From NCBI GenBank assembly GCA_043228905.1, contig JBHGNT010000018.1, forward strand, positions 5,704,001-5,768,000: a stretch of DNA of 64,000 bases. Direction: 5' to 3'. Shown here piece by piece: positions 35,243 through 47,000 of the stretch (the stretch's first letter is position 1; every line of letters starts with the position of its first letter). Source of the stretch: Azolla caroliniana (Eukaryota; Plantae; Polypodiophyta). The translations under genes and the position numbers were made by a program. Below the pieces are notes generated by a model that was not told where the DNA came from, did no database searches, and saw nothing but the letters and a program-made list of their open reading frames with translations.

Positions 35243-36770
35243 CTTAATTGGTCAAAAGACTTTGTTTGGTGGTCATTTGTCAAAATCTCCCCTAGGGTTG
35301 AGGGGTAGGGGCCCCATAGTTGTCCTTGCCACAATCCACCTAACAGAACTCGAACTCGCGAAAAGCTTCGGGGAGTTCAGGCAAAATAGCGAGAAGTTTA
35401 TGTGGCGGGCCTCGTCTCAACGGAAAATAGAAGTGGCCTTCCACTAAGTGGTGAAAGGCTTCGGGGGAGGACCTTGTTTTATTAACACACACAAACAAGA
35501 CACAACAATGTCAACATTGAGACATGTAGAGAGAGAGAGAGCTCTGAATTGGTCAAAAGTCTTTGCTTGGGGGTCATTTTCAACGTCTCCACTTGGGGAG
35601 GGGTAGAGGCCCCAGAGTTGACCTTGTGACAATACACTCGACAGAATTAGAACTCGTGAAAAGCTTAGGGGCCCCTTAAGGGAGTTCGGACAAAATAGCG
35701 AGAAGTTTATGTCGGGGACCTCGTCTCAACGGAAAAGAGAAGTGGCCTTCCACTAACTAGCGAAAGGCTTCGGGGCATTCAGGGACAACAACTAGAAGCT
35801 TTTGAGGAGCACATTCGATCGAAGAGAACTAGCCTTCTCGTAATTGGCGAAAAGCTTGGGGGCGTTCCGAGAAAATAACGAGAAGCTTACCGGGTGGGGT
35901 GGGGGGGAGGGGTCATCCGAGTGAAGAGAGAACTAGCTTTCTTGTAACTTGCGAAAAGCTTATGGGTATTCCGAGAAAATTGCGAGAAGCTTATGGGGGG
36001 CTCATCCGGCTCATCCGAGTGAAGCGAACTAGCCTTTCGGTAAGTGGCAAAAAGCTTAGGGGTATTCGGGGAAAATAGTGAGCAGCTTGCTGCGAGGGCA
36101 CATCAGATTGAAGAGAACCAACCTTTCGTTAAGTGGAGAAAAGCTTAGGGCGCTCGTGAAAAATAGCAAGCAACTTAGGCAGTGGGAGGAGGGGGTTCAT
36201 CTGACTGAAGAGACCTAGCCTTCCGTAAAGTGGCAAAAAGCTTTGGGTTGTTAAGTAGCAATGGGCACGGTTTCGGCTCAAACCGAACTGAACCGTTAAG
36301 CCATGGTTTAACGGTTTATTGGTTCCAAAAAATTTAATGGTTTGGTTTGGTTTAGATTTTTGATAAACATTTCCATTTTAGTTCGGTTTGGTTCTAAAAC
36401 TCGGGTTTATAGGTTTGGTTTAAAGGTTTATAGGTTTTTGGTTAACTTTTTTATTGCCTTAATAGTTTATTGATTTAATGGTTTTCTATTGATTTAATTA
36501 ATTTAACTTAAATGTTTATTTAATTTTATGTATTTTTGTTTATTTAGATGTTTAATTAGTTTGACTTAAGTGGTTAGGTTTAAATTTTTTATTAAATGCT
36601 TTGGTTTGGTTTTAACTTTTCCCTAAATGGTTTGGTTTAAATATTGAGAGTTCATAAATAGTTTGGTTTGGTTTTGGTTTTAAATAAACGGTTTGGTTTG
36701 GTTTCTTTGCCTTGAAACCGAACCGTGCCCATTGCTATTGTTAAGGGGGACATTAGCGAGAAATTTGTCC
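34813..36770. repeat. Satellite-like array upstream of PLC: three units of about 325 bp (starts near 34815, 35143, 35467), then about five shorter degenerate units of roughly 90-100 bp; interrupted by the hAT MITE
   Basis: Recurring gaggaccttgttt...cacacaaacaagacacaaca, (GA)n, aaaagcttagggg...aaatagcgagaagttta and gaagtggccttccactaag motifs. Confidence 0.85.
36256..36737. mobile_element. hAT-superfamily MITE, 482 bp
   Basis: 17-bp TIR TAGCAATGGGCACGGTT / AACCGTGCCCATTGCTA; perfect 8-bp TSD TTGTTAAG (36248-36255, 36738-36745); many subterminal GGTTT/AAACC motifs. Confidence 0.93.
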
Positions 36771-37801
36771 AAGATGTCTTCAATATGGGTTGATAAGGCA
36801 AATATGTTTGCCTCATATCTAGAAAGTTGTGACTTCGAACCTTTCTTTGTAGAACTAATTTGCATCATAAGATGATTATCTTTATACACACACATACAAT
36901 AATCATAGGGCACTTACACACATGGTTAAAATCAGCAACATTTTCAAGATAGATCTTTCGTTGTACATCTAATTCAAGCTATTATGCACCATTAAATTAG
37001 TTTTGTATGGATACAAATTATTGTTTTCAAATGATGATGCGCTTGGAATTTGTGGATTGATCTTCATGAATCACTCTCAATATTAGAGTCATGCATTTGT
37101 ATAACAAGGTCAAAAGTTAAAACTTGGGATTAAATTTTAGAAAAATGTTGAAATCTTAGTTTAGGCAAATCATGAACTATCTAACTATGGTTACAACTCA
37201 GAATGTAGTTTAATCTTGTGAATTGGTAATAAGGATTAAGACACCAAAAGGCTTCGTGCTGAAATGAAAGTATTATCATTTTATGCTATATTTGAGATTT
37301 TTCATTATGGTGATCTTTTATGCTAAATTTTGAGATATTCTAATGAAAATTTTCATTTAGAATAGGGGCTTTGGAGCTTGAGACTATCTTTTGAAAGGGT
37401 GGCTAATAATGTATCTAGGAAGAATGTAATGCGAGACATGAAACCTAGGGTTAATTTCATTATCCCTGGTATTTGGCTTTTGAAAAGGTCAGACTACACC
37501 ATCAAGGGCAGAAACAAACAAGGAAAACTAGGCTGAAGTGAAGCCTTAGGGGAAGTTTCCTTATAATTAGTATTTTCCTTGGCCTTTGTTTCTAGTTAGG
37601 ACAACACCTCGGGGGGAGAACTGATACAATATTCAAGGAGAAACATTGATGCTACAAGGGTGACTTCATGAACACCACACATGCAAACATGTTACAACTT
37701 GTGTTAACATTAAATTAGGTAAGTTTCTTGATTGATCTTGACCTTAGTAGGTCTAACTTTATAAAAAGGTAGATGATTTTGTTGGGTCACTAGCATTGCA
37801 T

Positions 37802-38740
37802 CTTTTTTTTCTTTTATTTTTCCAAAATGAAGCTACTTTCCCATTAGTTAGGAAGGATTATTAAAAAGAGACTGTACAAGGAGGCTTATACATAGATCGG
37901 GGAATCTCCCGCCAATCAAGTTCAAGAAAATGAGACTAGTTACATCGCCTTTTGGACTGACTACTTAATGTAAGTACCTATAGATAAAAACGATGCCCTT
38001 TAGTGATGGCTAGTACTCCTGGGGCCGACAGCGAAGGGAGGGTGGTAAGTGAGATGGAAACAGCCAACGTGGGGGCTGGTAGTTCCACCTTGGGCCACTT
38101 CCTCCTTGTGTCACCATAGGCGTGTTCCGCCATTTCTGCCAAAAGCGCAAACGGGCAGTGACCACGTCATTGGAATGGCTGCAAACCTCGTCCAATTGCC
38201 CTTGTAGGCAGCTGATAAGCGCAAACCATATGTCCATGATCACTTCCTTTGGGGGCCGTATCAGATCCTGAAAGACCTTTAGGCAACACGCTTTCCATAC
38301 ATACCATAGGGTGAAGCCTGCGATTAGCATCTAGATGTCTGGGAACCTAGGGGATGCGGATTGCAAGCCTCTCTCAAATTGAATCTAGGCGATTTTGCCT
38401 CTCATGCATACGTAGCACCAACTATCCGCATTGAAGGCGTCCGTTCACCTATCAGTGGAGTGATCAATCCATGCCGCAACACTCCACGATGTTGTTCCTT
38501 CCACTTCACATGCCACAAGGAGGCGAGTCACTCTGTCCCATACCTTTTGAGCTTGAGGGCAATCCCATAGACAATGCCTCAGAGTCTCAATAGGTGAATG
38601 GCAAAGTGGGCAGCCTAACGGGCCGCCACGTTTACCTAGCCATTCGCCAACGGGAACCACATTATGACCGATTTGCCACCAAAAAAACTTTATCTTTTCT
38701 GGCATGTGGAGACGCCAGAGACCCTTCCATTATTGAAGCT
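37802..38740 (-). mobile_element. 5'-truncated L1-type LINE 3' fragment
   Basis: zf-RVT motif PEKIKFFWWQIGHNVVPV...CPLC...ETLRHCLWDCPQAQKVW, downstream LWYVWK, and an A-rich tail on the minus strand at about 37802-37821. Confidence 0.82.
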
Positions 38741-40031
38741 CTCCAAATGATGCTTTCCATTAGATTCTCTTAAGGCAACTTAGAGTAGTGCCACTTGTGG
38801 TGTTTTTTAAATTCCACAAACATTAAATTTTGGAGCAGTTGCTCTTAGAGAGAGAGAGAGAGAGTAGATGTTTGTAAAGTGAGTGTCCGGTTAGAGAGAG
38901 ATTGATTGACAAAAAAAAAAGAGTCACTCAAAACCATGAGGAGAATGAGCTATGAGGCACTCAAAAAAAATGCAAATGTGCATGTAGAGAATGGAAGCAT
39001 TTCATTAAAGCTTTCCCCTAAGAGCTCTCCATTGAGCTAACCAAGGAAAACAAAACCATTTGCCTTGGAGAAAGCAACACACCTTTTTGCACATGACATC
39101 TAAGACATTGCATATCCCTTGGGAGATCACATGACCAATGTTGATCTCTTGTAACGTATATGTCCTCCAAAGTTGGGATTAGTGTATCCCAACATCAAAT
39201 ATATACATATACCAAAACATATAGTAAAGTCATTTGTCCCTAGAGACATCTAATTATACCTCTCAATATCTCCCTACACTTTTTACCAGGATTTAGCATA
39301 AATACGCCATGGGGCTGAATTCTTGGTCCTACAAATTTGGCATTACAATAAATCCATACCAAATAACATTCTCCATTTCAGTTATTCTCTACGATAGAAC
39401 CTAAGAAAGAAACAAAACATAGAGTGCGCATTGTAAATGTTCAGAGAGAGTTTAATTAATCCAAACTTAACACAATTACAAAAACATCATAATTTCATAA
39501 AGTTGAGATTGGTAACAACATTCTTTTGTTATTTCTTAGTGCTTTCTTCACGCTATTGACATACAAGTTATTAACGTTTAAGTTAAGTCTATTGATATAT
39601 GATTGTACTAAGTGTTTTTGTTTAAGGTTAATTAAGATTAAGAATCACTCAAAAAGTTCATTAATAGAAACTAGGTAGTATGTTCGAAGGTGGATTGACA
39701 CCCACCCTTGGCTTGCCTCTCCAATGAAGCGAAAGGGTGCACGTCCACCCCATCCCCGACAACAATCTAATGTGAAGGAAACCATTAGCTCAACATGAGA
39801 GCACATGACATACTATGAACATGCACTTAGAGTTAACCACAAATATCAATCATATCATGCATTCTCTAGCTCTTGGTAATTTCGATCTCCCTTTCTTTCA
39901 AGTGCAACATTGAAGTAAAATTCTTGAGCAGTGATAATCACTACTTAAACTCCAAACATAATATGCAAAAATGTTTCAATTTTTGGGCTTATGGGTCAAA
40001 TTTGAACCCCCAAGGATGATAATAAAATCTA

Positions 40032-40343
40032 GGGAAAAGTACCAGGATACCCCTGGAAGTTTGTGTGTTTACCAGAATGCCCTGGAAGTTCCAAATTTAC
40101 CAAACTACCCCTATGTCCAAAAAATTACACTTCATAAAGTAATTATACACTCAAATCTTTGGTAAATAGGGCTAGTTCGGGTCCATTTCTTCCATCTTTG
40201 GTAAATAGGGCTTGTAGATTTGAGTGTATAATTACTTTATAAAGTGTAATTTTTTGGACATAGGAGTAGTTTGGTAAATTTGGAACTTCCAGGGGCATTC
40301 TGGTAAATAGACGAACTTCTAGGGGTATCCTGGTACTTTTCCC
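40032..40343. mobile_element. Mutator-like foldback MITE, 312 bp with TIRs of about 125 bp
   Basis: GGGAAAAGTACCAGGATACCCCT...AGGGGTATCCTGGTACTTTTCCC long inverted arms; 9-bp TSD TAAAATCTA / TAAAATCGA (one mismatch). Confidence 0.9.
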
Positions 40344-43300
40344 TAAAATCGATCTATCTATGCAAATAAGGTACCGAAAGCAACTACAAAAATTATTTGT
40401 AAAATTTTATAACTAATGGAATGAGTTTTTGTTTTTTTGGAAAAAAAAAGAAAGCATCTAAAAAAAAGTCAATTCCTTTAAGGTCCTTCCAAAAAAGCAA
40501 TTTCAACCATGGGCCATTATAAGGTTGGTCGATTTGTGCATAAATGTGTCACTGTGTGTAGTCTACATCAAATTTAGGATGCACATTCAATAGTGATTCA
40601 TTGTTTGTCCTCAATTGGGAATAAGCCATCTCAAAATATGAGGACTAGCTCAACACCTCCAAATTGCATGATTGTATATTGACCGTGAAACTTACCCTTC
40701 ATATAATTTTATTTTTCTTGATAGTTGTCAACATCAAATCACTTTTATTTTACAATTAAGTTTAAAATGTGTCCCTCATTTTCACAACCCTAAAATATAC
40801 ACACCTTGAATATAAAGTTATGCAAAAAATATAAACAATTGGAACTTCATATAAAGTGGTCAAGATGTCTTTTGCTCTCATTTTTTTATGAATATCTTAC
40901 ATTAATGGTAGTCAATTGGACAATTGATACTAGTCGTCGCGTTCAAAGCCCGACTGAAACATATATAATTGACTCTCTCTCTCTCTCTCAAGAAAAGAGA
41001 GAGAGAGAAAATGTTTAACTATATATGCATGATCAATTATGTTGTATTTATATATAACAAAATAAAGCAAAATGAAAGTCATTTTCTCATTCACAAATAA
41101 TGTTTTTCTACCAAATCGATATACCTTGCAAAGGAATCAAGAAATCCAGTCAAAGAAAAAATGGTTGGATAATGAATGTCATGAAAACATGATTGTATCT
41201 TATGAGTTTGGACATAGTCAAGGATAATGAAAATTATCAAAAGCATTCACATGAATACAAATGACTTATGCAAAGGAAGGGAAGAATCTTGGAAGTTACT
41301 CAACAATTTCTCTAGACACAAGAGAAAGCACATACATGTTGTTGAGCGAGCAAACTCAACCGGATCTGTATCGGTATCCGGAACGGAGAACCGGATCGGT
41401 GTTCGGATGATATCCAGAACCAGGAGCCGGATCGAAATGAAACTGGTAGGCCGTTAGAGGCCTATGGATCCAGCCTAGTACGTAGGCATATTTTAGGGAG
41501 TTAGTGACAGTCGCTCGTATGAGCATTGAAGTACCTATCAGTCCTTTATGGACTTGTATAAAAGTGCTCTTTGAGCACATTCTATGTACAAAGTGATACA
41601 TAGAGTTTTAGAGTATGTTTTGAACTGAGTTTATGTGCTGTCTGTTGTCTATCTCTCTCCTACGTACGTGTACTCTTTGTGTGTGTTAAGTTTTCCTCTC
41701 ATCTTCTGTTGCTATCCGGCTGAGCAGGTTTGTCGAATGCTTCCGCACGTTTACTTTGACATGGTATCAGAGTGCGAGGGTTGAGAACCTCTGCATCCGA
41801 CAGACGCTTTCGAAGACAAACCCTAATAACCGGTAACAACAGACAGAAAAAGGTATGGACAAAGGTATGGCGAATTCACTTCCCACAGAGAAGCTCAACC
41901 GGAGCAACTATGCATCCTGGTCATATAAAATGCACCAGTACTTGTTGGGGCATGGTTATTGGAGCTACGTGGAGGGAACCAACGAGGTAGCACTAGAGTT
42001 GACACACAAAGACTTCCCGGCATGGGAGCAAGGAGCCAACCAAGTATTGTACTGCCTCGCGTCTGGTGTGCATGATCAGATGCTTAGCTACATCAAAGAT
42101 GCAAAAATGCCAAAGGAGGCCTAGGAAAATCTCCAGAAGATTATTGCCGCTAGTACCACGACACGGAAGTTGCAGCTCCGACAAGAGCTCAACAATATCC
42201 GACAAAGGGATATGTCCGTGACTGACTACACCACCAAGATAAAGGAGATTTGCGACGCGCTCAGGTCCATCAACGTGACGGTGGATGAAGACCAGATGGT
42301 TCAAATATGCCTCGGTGGTCTAGCACAACGGTACGGGCCAATCCGGACGGCGATTTGCACGCGGGAGAAACCATCGTCTTTCTTCGGCTTGCAATCGATG
42401 TTGATGGTCGAAGAAAACCACGCGAGTTGGTCTAGGACCACTCATTCGGACAATCGGATGTTGTACACATAGGCGGATTGGCCCCGTGGGCGTGGAGGAC
42501 GAGGTGGGTCGGCAAGCAATGGAGGTGGCTGGCAAGAGCAGAACCAAAGGCACAAAGACGGTGCCGACAGCAGTTCTGGACCATCCACAAGTAGGGGGAG
42601 TCAAGTCGGAGCCGGAAACCGGCAATCGAAGGCCGACATGGAATGCTGGTACTGTGGCAAGAAAGGCCACCGAGAAAGCGAGTGCTGGAAGAAGCGTGTC
42701 GATTTGGATAAATTCGGATCTGGCAAGGCCGGACAAGGGAACCAACAAAGCTCGTACTACGCAGAATAATAGGAAGAAATCGGTGTCGTGAAGATCTGTC
42801 ACTACGTGCGGATCGTGAGGTGGAACCACTGGGGTTCTGGAGCGGAAGGATTTGAAGTTTGCACTAACTTTAGCGAGAGAGTATTTAAGATAGATTGAGA
42901 GAGATTGATATGACGAAAGAGAGATATTGAGATAAAGATTGAACTTTTAACTTTTAGATTTAAGAGAGAAGATACATCAACAATAAGATTACAAGTTTCG
43001 TATTTTTCCCAAATTTTTCATTAGCCTCATCTACTTGATTCCTCCCCTCTTTTATAGATGTCCCCATGCATATGGTGCATGTGAGGGTGCAAGACATGCG
43101 CGTAATGCATGCTTGCCATGTCATTATCTAAGCTCTCATGTATGAGAATTTACATGTAAAAGTATAATATAAAAATATAGCTTTTAAGGAAATGACTTGG
43201 CGAGCCGGCTCCGTCCGATCGCCATCTCATTGGCTTGCGGGCTCCGTCCGGTTGCCATCGCCGCCTTGTTGGCTCCGCCCGATCGCCATCTCGCCGGCTC

Positions 43301-43646
43301 CATCCGGTTCCGGTCGGCCAAAACCTTTACAAGTAGTTAAGCCATACCCATTCATCCGGTTTCTTTAGCTCAAGTCACCTTGAACATTCTATGATTCACT
43401 CATAGACACAAAGTAATAGATTTTGGCCCTACTTATATACTCTGGGATCCTTATTTATCCTGTCTATGTGAGATATCTCATAGTTTTGTTTTTTTTCTCT
43501 TCTTCTTCGCAAAATTTATACCCATATAACTTGACATTTAGTTGTCCGTTTCAAATGTAGTAAAGTACATTTAGAAGCTCTTGGAGACCTCCATCTTCCC
43601 GTACCAAGATATTAAACTAGTATAAAATATTATCTTCACTATTATA

Positions 43647-43972
43647 TGTTGAGATACAAGCTCAACATTAGCCGGATCGGCTGTGTAAGTCGAGAACCGG
43701 ATTGGTTGGGATCGATCGGTTAGGCTGGACCGGTGCGTAAATCGGGTGCATAAACCGGAGGGCAACGAGAAGGCGTGGCGGTGCGTAAACTGCGAGGCCG
43801 TTGGAAAGATATTCCGCGTAGGAATATATTTTGGGAGTTAGTGTAGAGCTCATTTATGAGCATTGAATTACGTGTTAGTACTTCGGCCAGTCCGTATGGA
43901 CTTGTATAAAAGTGCTCACTGAGCACATCCTATGTACAGATTGAGTATTATTTTGAATTGAATTTCTGTGTG

Positions 43973-44015
<43 letters not shown>

Positions 44016-47000
44016 TGTGTCTCTCCCGCGTACTGTGTATATTCAAGGTCTCCATTAAACCTGCGTATTTTCTGTGTTCGGTTTTCTACTTGCTTCCGCA
44101 CGCTATTCTTTACATGGTATCAGAGCGCGAGGGTTGAGAACCTCTATAACCGACATAGTTTGAAAGGAAAACCAACCAAGAAGAACATGTAAAACAGATG
44201 GATAGAGGCATGGCAAGCTCGCTTCCGATAGAGAAGCTCGACAGAAACAACTACGCATCTTGGTCCTACAAGATGCACCAGTACCTACTTAGGCACGGTT
44301 ATTGGAGCTATGTCGATGGAGCAAATGACACAGCACTCGAATCGACACACAGAGATTTCCCGGTGTGGGAACAGTCGGCGAGCAGAGTACTATACTGATT
44401 TGCGTCTTGTGTGGGCGAACAACTCCTAAGCTACATTCGGGATGCAAAAATGCCGAAAGATGCTTGGGGAAATCTATAGAAGATTTTCACCGCAAGCACT
44501 ATAGCCAGGAAAGGAAGCTTCAACTCCGGTAGGAGTTGAGCAACCTACAACAACGCGACTTGTCGGTGGCTGATTACACCTCGAAGATCACAGAGATATG
44601 TGACTCCTTAGCCTCTATCGATGTGAACGTCAAGGAAGGTGAGATGGTGCAGATCTGTCTCGAGGGATTGGCGTCGAAGTTTGGAGCATTCCGAACTGTT
44701 GTGTGTACACGGGAGAATACGCCGTCGTTTTTCGATCTACAGTCGATGCTCCTTATAGAGGAGAACCACGCGGGTGCGTCAACGAGCACGCACACCGATA
44801 ACAAGATGATGTACACGGAGGGAGATAGGCCCCGTGGTTGTGGTGGACGAGGCGAGTTGGTGTGCAATGGAGGTGGCCGACAAGATCAAGGAAGAAGGCA
44901 CCGAAGTGATGCCGACAGCAATTCCGGACCCTCCGGAAACAGGGGGAGTCGAGGTGATGAGAACCGGCAAGGAAAATCCGCTATGGAATGCTGGTACTGT
45001 GGCAAGAAAGGCCACGAGGAGAGTGAGTGCTGGAAGAAGCGCGCCGATTTGGAGAGGACCGGATCCGGATCAGGTTCCGGACAAACCGACAAGGGTAATC
45101 GACAGCGATCGCACTACGCCGAAGGATCCGGAAAAGCCAGAAAAGGGTCAGCCTTCGTGATGAGACACGAAGTGAACTTGATGAAGAAGTCCACCCCGAA
45201 AACGGACGAGGTGTGGTACATCGACTTCGGCGTGTCAAACCACATGATGTGCCACAAGGAATGGTTCTCATACCTTGAGAAACCGATGCAACCGGGAGTA
45301 GTCGCAACCGGAGCCATGTCGGGCAAAAAGGGAAACTCATGAATGTGTTACAGGTCCTGACAATCACAAAGAATTTGGTGTCGGTTGGGCAGATCGTTGA
45401 CCAGGGGATGCAAGTCCAGTTCACGCATCTCGGGTGCTTCATCGAGGAATAAGGCCGAGTTATTGCGCAAGGGCGGAGAGACGGGAGGATGTTTATCCTC
45501 GACTCTAGTGACGGTGGCACCACAATGTTCGCGAAAGGACAATAAGTCGAGTCAGATATCGACTTATGGCACAATTGGATAGGCCACATCAACTATCAAC
45601 GGCTTCAGGACCTGCAATTGAAACAAGTGGTGTTCGGATTGCCCAAATTTAGTGGCCGGAAGGCACAAATTTGTGAAGCCTGCCACCTAGGGAAGCAACA
45701 CCGACTTCCTTTCCCCAACGAGCGTAACTGGAGTCGGAACAAGCTCGACTTGATACATTCCGATGTATGGGGGCTGGCACAGAACGTTAGTCTTGGCGGG
45801 AGTCGATATTTCGTCTCCTTCATCGACGACTATACGCGGCACACGTGGATCTACCTCATTGAGAAGAAGAGTGAAGTCTTAGACTGTTTCCGGGACCTCA
45901 AGAGTTGTTAGGAAACAGGTCCCTCTGGATGGGAAGTGAAAAGAACAGTGATGATGAGCAAACTTGGATGTGGAGTACCCGGCTATGGAAGACCCGGTGA
46001 GAACCGGATGTGGAGTACCCGGCAACGGAAGACCCGGTGAGAACCGGATGACGTGTGCTTGGCAAATGCCGGATGATGCAGGCCCGGTGGGGAGTGCTCA
46101 CCGGATGAAGGGACATATTCGTAAATATGTTTCTGAGAGTCCATCGGGGCTATATTTGTAAATAGCCGAAAAGTCATATTAGTATAAATATGACTTAGGG
46201 CAAACTTAGTCGTAGCAGATGTGGTCATTTTCTTGTTGGTGCAAGATTTGAGAGTGTAACTGTGTACAGAGAGAGAGAGAGAGGAAGAGGTCGTTGCCTC
46301 TGTTGTAACCGCCGGCTGTGGCGAAGATAGAAAGCTCGAGGTTGTTGCCTCGGTGCTTTACTGTTGTACATTGTAACATAGTGATAGTTTGCAGCCTGTG
46401 GGCTGTTGTGGTTTTTCCCTAGTTTGGGTTTTCCACGTAAACATCCTGTGTACTCTTCTCTTCACTGTGTCGTGAGTTCATTATCCGTTTTCTGTGTTTG
46501 ATCCTAGCCTCGATTGTGGCCGAGCGTTGTGCTTAGGGAGTGTGTGTTCCTGTCAAGAGTTTCGTCGAAAGGGAAACAGGAAGAAAGATCAAGTGCCTAC
46601 GGTCGGATGGCGGTAAAGAGTACTTTTTCAGTCAATTCAATGGGTATCTGCAATAGATGGGAATTCAGTGCGAATTCAATTGTAGATATACGCCGGAGCA
46701 AAACGGCGTGGCCGAAAGGAAAAATCGGTCGGTTGTGGAAGTGGCGCGGGCAATGTTGGAGGAGAAGAGCTTGCCCAAGGTCTACTGGGCCGAAGTGGTT
46801 CAGACCATGATCTACATCCAGAACTGGATCAGAGAAAAAGTGTCGGCGCATGAGCTATACTTCGGAACGAAGCCGAATTTGCAACACTTAAGAGTTTTCG
46901 GTAGCATTGCGTATGTGCATATACCGAAGGAGAAGCGGAGGAAGCTAGATGTGAAAGCCGAGAAATGTATCTTAGTCAACTATTCGGACGAGCAGAAGGG

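Noticed and set aside
39689-39750. Imperfect hairpin of about 60 nt (caccctt/aagggtg)
   Set aside because: Short and imperfect, with no recognisable RNA family; compatible with chance.
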